From assembly GCA_000002435.2 (NCBI GenBank), contig CM018792.1: a stretch of DNA of 64,000 nt. One strand, 5' to 3'. Made by a program: the position numbers and the translations under genes. This document shows, piece after piece, positions 28,613 through 37,800 of the stretch. This stretch comes from Giardia intestinalis. Taxonomy: Eukaryota. A model generated the notes under the pieces. That model ran no database searches. It worked only from the letters and a program-made list of their open reading frames with translations, and was not told where the DNA came from. The stretch's first letter is position 1, and each line of letters starts with the position of its first letter.

Positions 28613-31006
28613 CTAACCCTGGAACCACGTCTCCATGCGTTTACCTAGTAAAGTACTTAGCGAGAGATGTGGATAGCTGTCCCACCTGGGGACCTTCCAC
28701 GAGTGCAAAAGGTGAACAATGAAGTTTTCTCTTACAGAGGAATCTAGGGGGTGTAGATGTGGGGAAAAGTTTGCTTTGGCGCTACTAATAGAACTGTCCC
28801 TACTATTACGTGAGCTCCTATCGTCTGGGCCAGTTATGAAGATACTACATTGCCGCTTGTTGCCGCTGAGGATCGTCTGCAGCTTGCTCTCCCACATGCT
28901 GATTTCGCTTGACGACCACAGTAGTCCTACAAAGAAGCATACATATGTACGACTAAGGGCAAAACATATGGATACAGCGTCGTCTATGCACACCAAGGCG
29001 GCTAGCTCGCCGCTTTGGAGCCTGTGTATGCTGTCTAAAGAGGCATTCATATTTCTTTTCTCACTAATGCTTTCTACTTTCAATCCGTTGTTGCGTAGAG
29101 CATCTGCTAATAAGTCTCCTGTCTCTTTTCCATGTACGATAACTATGAACTGTATTGAATTAAGAGAATAGAATCCCGCAAGCGTATCTGCTAGAAGCAT
29201 CACAGCTACTTCGGAGTCACGCACCTCAATAAGCATGTCATTGTCTGTGCTTCTGTTAGTCCGCGTGTCCCTTTCACCTTCTAAATATAGGATAAAGCGT
29301 TGTTTAGGCCCAACGTACCTTTCAGACAATCTGCTGAGGCAACATATACCAAATATATACGCTAATTCATCTTGCATGCTTACTCCTGATGCTGTCGTAA
29401 TAACTTTTCCGCTTCTTAATTCTCGCTTTTTCAGCTCACAATAACGTGCAAGAAACTCCATCCTTCCGAGAGATAAGCCTAGTATGATTAGTTGTGGATG
29501 TAGGACTTTCAAAAGGCTCACACAGGCAATAGAGATGCATGTTATTACACGGGAGCAAGTAGATAAGATTAGAGAGAGCTCTTTGGTACGCTTTGAAGAC
29601 ATATCTTTGTAATCTTGGGCGTCCGATAATATAAACGTTGACGATTGAGTGTGAATTAGGCCATTTTTATAGAGAGTCAGAAAGTTTTGTGCTGTAAGGA
29701 CGATAATCATCCGTCTTCTACAAACAGTAACGCCTTCGAAGCATGTCTGAACTGCGTGCGTGTATACTTGTGAAAAGGCACCACGAGATGTGATGTCCTC
29801 ATACCCTAGAGCGTAGATAGCAGAGGCACTATCTGGGTTGATGTTATACTCACATGGCAGCTCATAAACCCGTCTGAGCCTCGTTCGCTTCATCACTTTG
29901 ACTTCAGATCCTGAAGACCGCTTTAGAGCCACCTTTTTCAGACTATTTGTCTTTGCCTCATGCGCGTCCTTCTCTTTCAACCACTGCGACATACAACTAC
30001 GCCGCGCTGGCTCGGTATTGTACCACAGATACACCTGTTCTTTCCAGTATGAAATAGAGTTTGTATGCACGATTATGAACAGCGGGAAGCTGTCCTTGTA
30101 CTGGTATGTGCTAAGAAGAGCCTGCGCAGCAACACCCATCTCTGGAGGATCTGCCAGGATGCACTTCCCTCCACGTAAAAGGTAAAACTCTATTGCTTCC
30201 CTCTGCCATGGCCGCAGACTGTACAAGTTTGGAGTGGATGGATCAATACTATACTTATAACTCTTGTGCTCTTCTCGTTTTATTCTATTGTTGGTTATAA
30301 TTACAGGGAGAGACCAGTTTAGTAAGGCCAGCGGAATGCATACATTAGCTCTAACGAGCACTCCGTTTAATCGTTCCGCGGTAAAATTGCGAGTCTTTTT
30401 CTCTATATCTTTAATGTGCTGGTTGTACTCTAATACCGAAACAGTGTATGCTGTGCGAGAACGGGGTACTTTGTTTGAAAGAGTAGGGCAGTCTATAGAT
30501 GCTGTTTGGATTCGCTTTGCGGTGGAGCAACTGTCAATGGCGGTTTGTATAGATTGTGGCACGGAAGGTGTGCTTGATAGACTTTGAACAAATACCACGT
30601 CGATCCTAACAACAGTAACTTCAATTAGTTGACACGTTAGATCTATTATCGCCTTTATTTCTGGTTGTTGCATATGGATTGCTGTCACCTTTCCTTTGCG
30701 GATATCTCTGGATTGGCTTTTGTTGGGAGTACTTTCAGTACCACATAAGGGGCACTTGGTTTGCACAATAATGGAAGTAAATGAAGTGGCAGAAGCTTTC
30801 TTGTCTTCAGGTAGATCCTCTGCTGTGAGTGTTGCTGGTTGAGAAGGTGATACGAGGAATGGACCGGGACTTTTAAGAGGTGGTTCAGTAGCCGCCACAT
30901 TGTCAACGCTGTGCTTACTATCAGTAAGAGCATCTCTTATTGATCGAATAAACGGACATGGACGAAAGGGTTTTGGCTGGGGGATTTGCTCACCTGGAGA
31001 GGACAT
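28613..31006 (-). CDS. Rad54/SNF2-like protein with a degenerate (probably catalytically dead) motif I. Start set at the ATG at complement 31004..31006; the track ORF extends to 31246
   Basis: LRPWQREAIEFYLLRGGKCILADPPEMGVAAQALL aligns to SNF2 motif I LRPhQ.EGV.FL...G.ILADEMGLGKT.Q, but the GKT is replaced by GVAAQ. C-terminal region has a helicase-C-like fold hint (FIVIVHGKETGDLLADALRNNGLKVESI...RLQSGE). The longer track ORF would overlap the divergent gene at 31155. Confidence 0.45.
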   Translation of the reverse strand: MSSPGEQIPQPKPFRPCPFIRSIRDALTDSKHSVDNVAATEPPLKSPGPFLVSPSQPATLTAEDLPEDKKASATSFTSIIVQTKCPLCGTESTPNKSQSRDIRKGKVTAIHMQQPEIKAIIDLTCQLIEVTVVRIDVVFVQSLSSTPSVPQSIQTAIDSCSTAKRIQTASIDCPTLSNKVPRSRTAYTVSVLEYNQHIKDIEKKTRNFTAERLNGVLVRANVCIPLALLNWSLPVIITNNRIKREEHKSYKYSIDPSTPNLYSLRPWQREAIEFYLLRGGKCILADPPEMGVAAQALLSTYQYKDSFPLFIIVHTNSISYWKEQVYLWYNTEPARRSCMSQWLKEKDAHEAKTNSLKKVALKRSSGSEVKVMKRTRLRRVYELPCEYNINPDSASAIYALGYEDITSRGAFSQVYTHAVQTCFEGVTVCRRRMIIVLTAQNFLTLYKNGLIHTQSSTFILSDAQDYKDMSSKRTKELSLILSTCSRVITCISIACVSLLKVLHPQLIILGLSLGRMEFLARYCELKKRELRSGKVITTASGVSMQDELAYIFGICCLSRLSERYVGPKQRFILYLEGERDTRTNRSTDNDMLIEVRDSEVAVMLLADTLAGFYSLNSIQFIVIVHGKETGDLLADALRNNGLKVESISEKRNMNASLDSIHRLQSGELAALVCIDDAVSICFALSRTYVCFFVGLLWSSSEISMWESKLQTILSGNKRQCSIFITGPDDRSSRNSRDSSISSAKANFSPHLHPLDSSVRENFIVHLLHSWKVPRWDSYPHLSLSTLLGKRMETWFQG

Positions 31007-31154
31007 GTATAGGGACAGAATGAAAGTACAGACAGAGTAGGGTAAATTCTGAAGTAGTAAACCTTGATAGCTTGGTGCACAGAATCGTGAGTGTTGCTGT
31101 GTCTTCTGAATGTTAACGCAATGCTCTCTCCAAATAATTGAAATCGAGGCCACG

Positions 31155-32936
31155 ATGACTCTGACTCCCCTGCAGTCTGCGCGCATCATCCTCGCAGACG
31201 ACGTTGGATTTGTGCGCGTTATGTACCCTATGCTTCCAAATCTCAATGGGGGACAGGCTCATCGAATAAATTCGGTCTCCAGATACTCTGTCCCCATAAC
31301 AGCAATGTGCTACGGTGAGACAGAAGAGACAGTCATTATGGCATACAAAGACGGGAAAGTTGAAATATACCATATACCTCTGAAATTCACCGCGTATACC
31401 AATGGTACATACAAATTTGACGAGCCGAAGCTTATAACGTATACAAATATCTCTGTTGTTGTTGATGTTGCAGAGCACCGTGTCTACCGAGAAACAGTGG
31501 ATGATAAGGATCAGGCGCTTAGACAGCGCATTAGTCCACGGGAAATTCGTGCCATAGCATTTGCTAAGCCTAACAATTTGGTGATGATAACGTCCAATTC
31601 GAAAGTGCACAGATTCATTTTAGAAAACAATGATAACGGAAAGCCATCAATCACCTTTATGTCTTCTTTCCAAATGAGTCTAAACATTCAGGCACCAAGG
31701 CCCCTTCCAGCTCCGACGTTGGGCGATTTTGTGCAGGAAGAGCCGCCTCCAGAACTGCGCAACGCTTCTTCTGAGGCATATATCCTTATACCTATAGGGC
31801 AGAAAATATATGCTGCATGCGGTGGATGGGGTCATGCCCCACGAATTTACGACTCTGCTTCTGGGAAGGTGGTCTATGTGCCCCGCGACCCTCCTCCCTC
31901 CTTTCCAGCTCGTGCCGCTCTTCGATTCATAGCTACTTGTTTCTGCTATGATGAGAAGGATGGCATCTTTGTTGTTGGTGACATGGACGGATGGATACAC
32001 TGTTATAAGACAGGTCTCTGGGGGCCTGCAGTGCCCATTGCAGAACGACCGGAAAATATCAGTGGCTGGAACGAGCCGCAAGAGCTTAAGAAGCGCAAAG
32101 GACGGCCAATCCAGAGTGTCTCAGAGCTGGTTCCACACAACGTGGTCGACGACGTACACAAGCAGCCCTATCAGCTTTCCGAGGGGGTAATAAGTAGTGC
32201 AGCATTGTGGTATAACCGCAATTTTGAGAGGAAGGTATGTGCAGTTAGTATTGTGACAGTACGTTTGGACGACGGTATTGGGAAGTATCTTTGTGCTTCA
32301 AATGGCGAGGGAACATGCGACCTCCTTTCTTTAGAGTCAGGGAAGCTTTGCAGGCGCTTTAACAAGCACGGAGGTGCAGTGAAGTGTTTCGCTAGTCTCC
32401 GACTTAATGAAGTATTAGCAGCTCATATGAACAAAAGCTTTTCTAGGAAGATACAAAGACTCAATGACGACCAATCAGCTGATAGCGACTCTACTGACTC
32501 CACAAGCAATAGTCTATCTTCGGAGATTTCTGAAGATGATGCCGACCAAAAGTCTGTTGCAGCGGTCGTGCTGGGGAACTCCTCAACAGCTCACAAGGAT
32601 ATGAAGACAACTGACACGCTGATATTCACTGGATGCTTGGACAAGTTCCTACGAGTGTATATACCTGGATCTAGAGAGCCCCTGTGCAGCCATTATGTTG
32701 TCAATAGCCCACTAGTTCTGTTGGCTTCATTTGGTAAGATGCGTTATGAGCGGGCTCTAGAAGAGTCAGGAGATTCACCTGAAGAAGCTACATCCTCAGA
32801 ATCAGAAAGTTTTGACGATGAAACAAAACGGCCTGCGGACCTCCCAGAAGACTCCATTGATAACATAGACCTAAACCTTAATATTACGACGTCCGTTTTG
32901 CAAAAGAAGAACACGCAAAAGGTTATTAAGCGATGA
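31155..32936 (+). CDS. Hypothetical protein (594 aa) with an acidic Ser/Asp-rich C-terminal region
   Basis: ATG at 31155 preceded by ccaaataattgaaatcgaggccacgATG; the track ORF from 31110 has a non-ATG start. No recognisable domain. Confidence 0.5.
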   Translation: MTLTPLQSARIILADDVGFVRVMYPMLPNLNGGQAHRINSVSRYSVPITAMCYGETEETVIMAYKDGKVEIYHIPLKFTAYTNGTYKFDEPKLITYTNISVVVDVAEHRVYRETVDDKDQALRQRISPREIRAIAFAKPNNLVMITSNSKVHRFILENNDNGKPSITFMSSFQMSLNIQAPRPLPAPTLGDFVQEEPPPELRNASSEAYILIPIGQKIYAACGGWGHAPRIYDSASGKVVYVPRDPPPSFPARAALRFIATCFCYDEKDGIFVVGDMDGWIHCYKTGLWGPAVPIAERPENISGWNEPQELKKRKGRPIQSVSELVPHNVVDDVHKQPYQLSEGVISSAALWYNRNFERKVCAVSIVTVRLDDGIGKYLCASNGEGTCDLLSLESGKLCRRFNKHGGAVKCFASLRLNEVLAAHMNKSFSRKIQRLNDDQSADSDSTDSTSNSLSSEISEDDADQKSVAAVVLGNSSTAHKDMKTTDTLIFTGCLDKFLRVYIPGSREPLCSHYVVNSPLVLLASFGKMRYERALEESGDSPEEATSSESESFDDETKRPADLPEDSIDNIDLNLNITTSVLQKKNTQKVIKR

Positions 32937-32951
32937 ACTGGCTTCGCTAAA

Positions 32952-33398
32952 CTAATCTGCAACTGGCTCGTGCTTAGATAGGAGTTCTTGGTACTCAGCA
33001 GGCTCGTTATCCAGTACAGTCGGGTCTATAGCCACAGCGCTGAATAAAAATTCAAGCGCCTCCTCTATCTGCCCTAGCTTGAAGCAACTCTGCCCCAGAC
33101 GCATGTTGATATGGGCGTCAATAATGCCCCCGGGAGATGAAATTGCCCACCTGAAGAATTCGTCTGACGCCTCATAATCCTTCTGCTGAAAGTATAGCTC
33201 GCCTGTGTTCGCAAAAAGCCAGCAGGATATTCCCCATTCCTCACGCGGATCTGGGAGGAGTTGAATAGCCTGTTCCCATGAGTAAATGGCCTCGTCAAGG
33301 TCATTCTTCCCCTTGTCTTCGAGTCCCTTCTTGCACAGCTCCTTGATACGCTTCAAAACGTCACTGGGAAGGTCATTGAACGTGTCATCTGGCTGCAT
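32952..33398 (-). CDS. Small TPR-like repeat protein (149 aa). Start re-anchored to ATG at complement 33396..33398 (MQPDDTFNDL...)
   Basis: Helical repeat signatures (...AIYSWEQAIQLLP..., ...LGQSCFKLGQIEEALEFLFSAVAIDP). AT-rich initiator cttttgtattttttattcgctaATG on minus strand. The longer track ORF would overlap the divergent gene. Confidence 0.45.
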   Translation of the reverse strand: MQPDDTFNDLPSDVLKRIKELCKKGLEDKGKNDLDEAIYSWEQAIQLLPDPREEWGISCWLFANTGELYFQQKDYEASDEFFRWAISSPGGIIDAHINMRLGQSCFKLGQIEEALEFLFSAVAIDPTVLDNEPAEYQELLSKHEPVAD

Positions 33399-33422
33399 TA
33401 GCGAATAAAAAATACAAAAGAG
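33399..33422. promoter_or_regulatory. 24-bp AT-rich bidirectional initiator region shared by the divergent genes 32952..33398 (-) and 33423..34805 (+)
   Basis: tagcgaataaaaaatacaaaagag lies between the two ATGs. Giardia promoters are short AT-rich elements abutting the start codon. Confidence 0.5.
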
Positions 33423-34805
33423 ATGAGCGGCCTTGAAGCAAAGCTCCAGGGTATGCTGGCTAGCGCGTGCCAACGCTCTGTAAGGGTGTCTGCTACAGAT
33501 CAAAAACCAAGTTCTCCGCGACGCAGTACGCGTATATCGGGTATTCGGCCCTTTCTTCCCGGAGACACCTCCAGACAAATTCCAGGGTATATGCTCCCGC
33601 GAGAAACTGTCCAGCAGCGTGAGGAGCGACTCGAAGCACTCAAAGCAGAGCGAGAGGCGCAGGAGCTGGCCGAATGTACCTTCCGGCCTGCAATTAACCC
33701 AGAGAGTGTCTACTACGCAGGAGAAAGATCTGGGCCAGCATATGAAAGGCTATATAACCATGCACTAGATAAGCAAGAACGAGAGCAGGATTTATTTGAG
33801 ATGGGCGACGTCCTTGACGAAACAGTCTACACATTCAAACCTCAGCTCAAGGCTAAGTACGTACCCAAGTCAGATAGCTCCAAAGTGGTAATACGTATGG
33901 CCGATGTTCCCAGTGAGATGAAGCAGTGCGTTTTCAAGCCAAAGCTATCCCCGACCAGCGAGAGAATATGCAAGAGAAAGTTTGGAGACACACCGGTTTT
34001 TGAGCGTCTTACACGACCACCCGAGCGGCCCGCCAGTGCGTCAGATAAGTGCCCGTCAAGTGCAAACACTAGTATAAATGGATGTACAAGTCCAGATACA
34101 ATTGAGAAGACGGGTACGAGAGGGGCCTCTGGAGGACCTAAGAGGAGGTCAACCGTTGAATCTTTCAACGAATTCCTCAGCAGACAAGAATATATAGTGG
34201 CCAAAAAGCAGTTGACTGCATCTCGAGTCAATAAGGAGGAGCTTCGCGAGTGTACATTCAAGCCAAAGATCAGTGAAACAAGCAAGCTTATAGCTCAAAC
34301 TATTGGAGCACGTGACCCTCTCTATGAACGTACATATTCTGCTGATACCAGAGGCTCAAGCCCAAGAAGGACTGCTGGGACGTATCCTTCGCTAGACGAC
34401 CAAGACACCTTCATACCCCATATAAATGAAAGATCAAAGAGAATTATGTCCGCCAAGTGTGACATACCTGTATATGACCGGCTCTACCAGGATTCAGAGA
34501 CGCAGCACCGCTTAGAGCTCTTGAAGAAACAGCAGGACCAGCTTAGTGCAGATGGATGCACATTTCAACCTGCCAAGATTGCCAATCAGCCCGAGCACAT
34601 AGCAAGTACCATTAAAAACCTTGACGAATACATGGAGGAGCGAAAGCAGATGCGCCTCAGGATGGAGCAGGAGCGGCAAGCCAGAGCTGACCAGCGGGAG
34701 GATTTCGGAGAGTGCACCTTTAAACCCAAAATTATTAAAGCACCATCCTCCATCCGCAAAATAGTTTCTGAATTAAGGAAAAATGATATTCACGCACGCC
34801 TGTAG
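33423..34805 (+). CDS. Hypothetical protein with six dispersed C/T-F-K/R-P-K-I motif repeats (possible microtubule-associated, TPX2-like)
   Basis: ECTFRPAINPES, YTFKPQLKAKYVP, CVFKPKLSPTSE, ECTFKPKISETSK, GCTFQPAKIANQ, ECTFKPKIIKAPS spaced about 40-80 aa apart; coiled-coil segments. Confidence 0.5.
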   Translation: MSGLEAKLQGMLASACQRSVRVSATDQKPSSPRRSTRISGIRPFLPGDTSRQIPGYMLPRETVQQREERLEALKAEREAQELAECTFRPAINPESVYYAGERSGPAYERLYNHALDKQEREQDLFEMGDVLDETVYTFKPQLKAKYVPKSDSSKVVIRMADVPSEMKQCVFKPKLSPTSERICKRKFGDTPVFERLTRPPERPASASDKCPSSANTSINGCTSPDTIEKTGTRGASGGPKRRSTVESFNEFLSRQEYIVAKKQLTASRVNKEELRECTFKPKISETSKLIAQTIGARDPLYERTYSADTRGSSPRRTAGTYPSLDDQDTFIPHINERSKRIMSAKCDIPVYDRLYQDSETQHRLELLKKQQDQLSADGCTFQPAKIANQPEHIASTIKNLDEYMEERKQMRLRMEQERQARADQREDFGECTFKPKIIKAPSSIRKIVSELRKNDIHARL

Positions 34806-34837
34806 AGATAGCTAAAAGGGCTTTTGTGTAAATTTTA

Positions 34838-37800
34838 ATGACCAATGCAGGGTTTTATCGCACTCTATGGAAGACAGGCCTCTTTGACACTGACATGCTG
34901 AAGCGGCAAGTCCAAGAAAAAGACGAGGATGTTCAGCTCTGGAGTAGTGCGGAGCTGCTATTAGATCTTATCAGATCTGATAGACCACGTCCCCCCTTTA
35001 CCAAAGTCAGTGCAGAGATCTTTTTTGATGGCTCCCAATCCGCAGAAGCTGATGAGAAACCTTCCATAGACGTTAAAGGGGCCACTTTGAACCTTTTCTT
35101 TGACATCTTACATCAGTCGTCAATCTTGACCAGTAGCCTAGTTCAATACTTGACCACCAAACTACTCCTTAATTGGAGTGATGTGGATACAATTTCAGCG
35201 TCCCTAGATCCTGTGGGATACGTTTGTTTACTGCTGGTTTACCACTCAATGGTCTCATCAGATTCGGCACTCGTCCTTTTAATAGAGAAGTTAATTACGG
35301 CAACTATCCATTCAATCAGTAATAAGCGCTTCAATGAGACTTTAGGAACGTTTTTGGTCATTTGTCGGGGAACTCTAGTTGACATTGAGGAGCTAATAAT
35401 ACGTCACTCCATCTCTCTGCAAAACCTTGCACAGTATGAGAGGAATCTTGCCTTTCTTTCAGGGATGGCACACGGGTACACATACCTGCAAATAGAGTCC
35501 CATAAGTTCGCTGTTTTAAGCAAGCACTGCGGCTTCTCTCGCGGGGATACATTCGCTCTATCACAATCACTAATGAAAGTGCTGCCGGCAAACCAGTGTT
35601 TGTTACAATATCAATATATGGATCTCCTTGCTATTGTTCTGTCCGTCAATCTGTGGCAACCTCAAGCGTGCAGCACTCTTACCGATTTCCTAAATCACAT
35701 TCAGGCATTAAGTCATCAAGCAGGCTATAAATTAAAGACTGCAATGCGCATCAATCCCCATAGCTTCTTAGCTGTTTCTATTATCCGTCTATGCTCACGA
35801 CTTAAAAGCTTTGTCAATGGATCTCTTGAGCAATTGCAAGTGAAGACTCCAGCGCAACAAAATATTCTCGTCACGCTGCGCACGCTGCTGCAGCGGATGC
35901 AGCTATTGATCACTGATGCCCTCAACGGACAGGCAACCGTGGCAGCTAAGAGCAATATTTTTCTGAAGGACCTTCGATCAACGTTCCCGACCATGTACAG
36001 TGAGTTTATACGGCCATATTGTTGCGCATTTATAGTACTGCTTGATGTATGTGCATATTTGAATAAGAGAGGCGTAGAGATCGGACTCGACACGACAGAC
36101 ATGCAAGAGTCTTTGCTTATCATCTGGAGGTCACTTATTGTCTTGGATGCTCCTTATCTGGGCCATAAAGACACCAAGAAAGGCCTTTACTTCCATCTCT
36201 CCTCGGGCTTCTATTGTGATTCCCTGTTAGACTTTCTACTAGAACATCTCAACATTTCTACGTCAGACAACAATTTCTTCAGTAAGTTAACTGAGGTAAA
36301 TTGGTCCACACTATTCAAGCACCTTGCCTTTCATACAGAGCCAGTTCCGTTTGTCTTTTCTTCCGATAGGAAATATAGTTTAGAGGAGGAAATGCCGGCC
36401 GGAAGTCTGCATCACCTACGTGAGTCCCTGATAGCCGAGCTTAACTCCCGGTCGTTGTCTCATCGGAAGACGCGAGATGCGGTTAACTCCATTCCTGATG
36501 GATACATCTGTGGGCTCTACGCTCTCACTCTCATTGAGATTTATTCTGCGCTTTGGTCTGGACGAGGTTCATTGAGTCTAGCGTTCAACAAGAAAGAGAA
36601 ATCCGTAGTGGGCAGACTTAGTCGATATAATATCTATGGATACTTGCCTAAAGAACCTTTCAATGAGCTTATTAATTTTGAAAAGGAGATTGTAAGGCAG
36701 AAGTCCGAGGATAAAGGTGGTATCTACCTCCTCAATGAATCAGCAGGAGATGTTCCACTATACTTTTCATCTTCTAGCCCGTTAGATGCAGAGAACTGCA
36801 TTGTCTCTGTAGGGCCCATACCAGATGAGCCCCTTACAAATAATAAGAGCTCTGCAGGGATTTCTTCAACAAACTTTTTTAAGTTCTATGCCGAGCTTTT
36901 CTGTTCGGTGTATGAACAGCTCTCTTCATACACGTTTTTGGAAGAGCTTATCATTCACCAAGAAGTAGCACACAAATGGACTTCAATTTGCTTTGCTAGT
37001 AATCCTAAGACACACACTCGCACAATCCCTGTCTTTCTTGTTAAGGACGTGGACATCCCTGACCCTCTGCCAGACCTTTTATTTCGCAAGATTGTTTTTG
37101 AAATTGTCAATCTTCTTGTGAGCGCAGAAGACTCTATGTCGCTCACTGAAATTAATATCTATCTCGACTTCGCAGGCACACTATTGCAGAAGCTTCCCAA
37201 TATAAAGCTTAGCCCGTCTATACTCAGTCAATATATTCAAACAGGGGTTTCAATTTATAACAAATTTAATTTCATATTTGGTGTCACGGCAGATTATTTT
37301 GCATCCATTATGTCGAATTCTTTCTTTTTTGAACAGCTCTTAACGAGTGCATTTATCTGCAATGACAGACAGAAGATGCTCATGGTGGTACCAGCCATTA
37401 ATGAATTTTTCTCGAAGCTTTTCTCACACAATCGTTTTATCTCCGTCCTGTATGCACATGCTATTAATCATGCTGCCCTGAAACACTCAGATGTTAATTT
37501 TTCCACTGCAAACTTGCCCACTACCCTGTCGATAATTTTAAGCAACATATTCCTGAAGTTTACTCGTAACTCCTTCTTAGTCCAGCAACCTCAAGTTCAC
37601 AGTACTGAGGAATCCAACCAAGAGGGGTACAGATACATAGTTACAAGTCAGATTGAGTTCTCTTGTCTCATGACGGAGCTCAGAGAGCACTTGTGTAGCC
37701 TGCCCATTTGGGAGTACAAGCAGACGGCTATTGCGTGCCTAGAGTCCATGCTTGATATGCTGACAACTCCGCCCATAGCCCTAAACTTGGGCTCTAGCAA

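Noticed and set aside
33300-33330. tRNA T-loop-like TTCGAGTCC
   Set aside because: It lies inside the 32952-33398 coding sequence with no complementary T-stem or acceptor stem, so it is not a tRNA.
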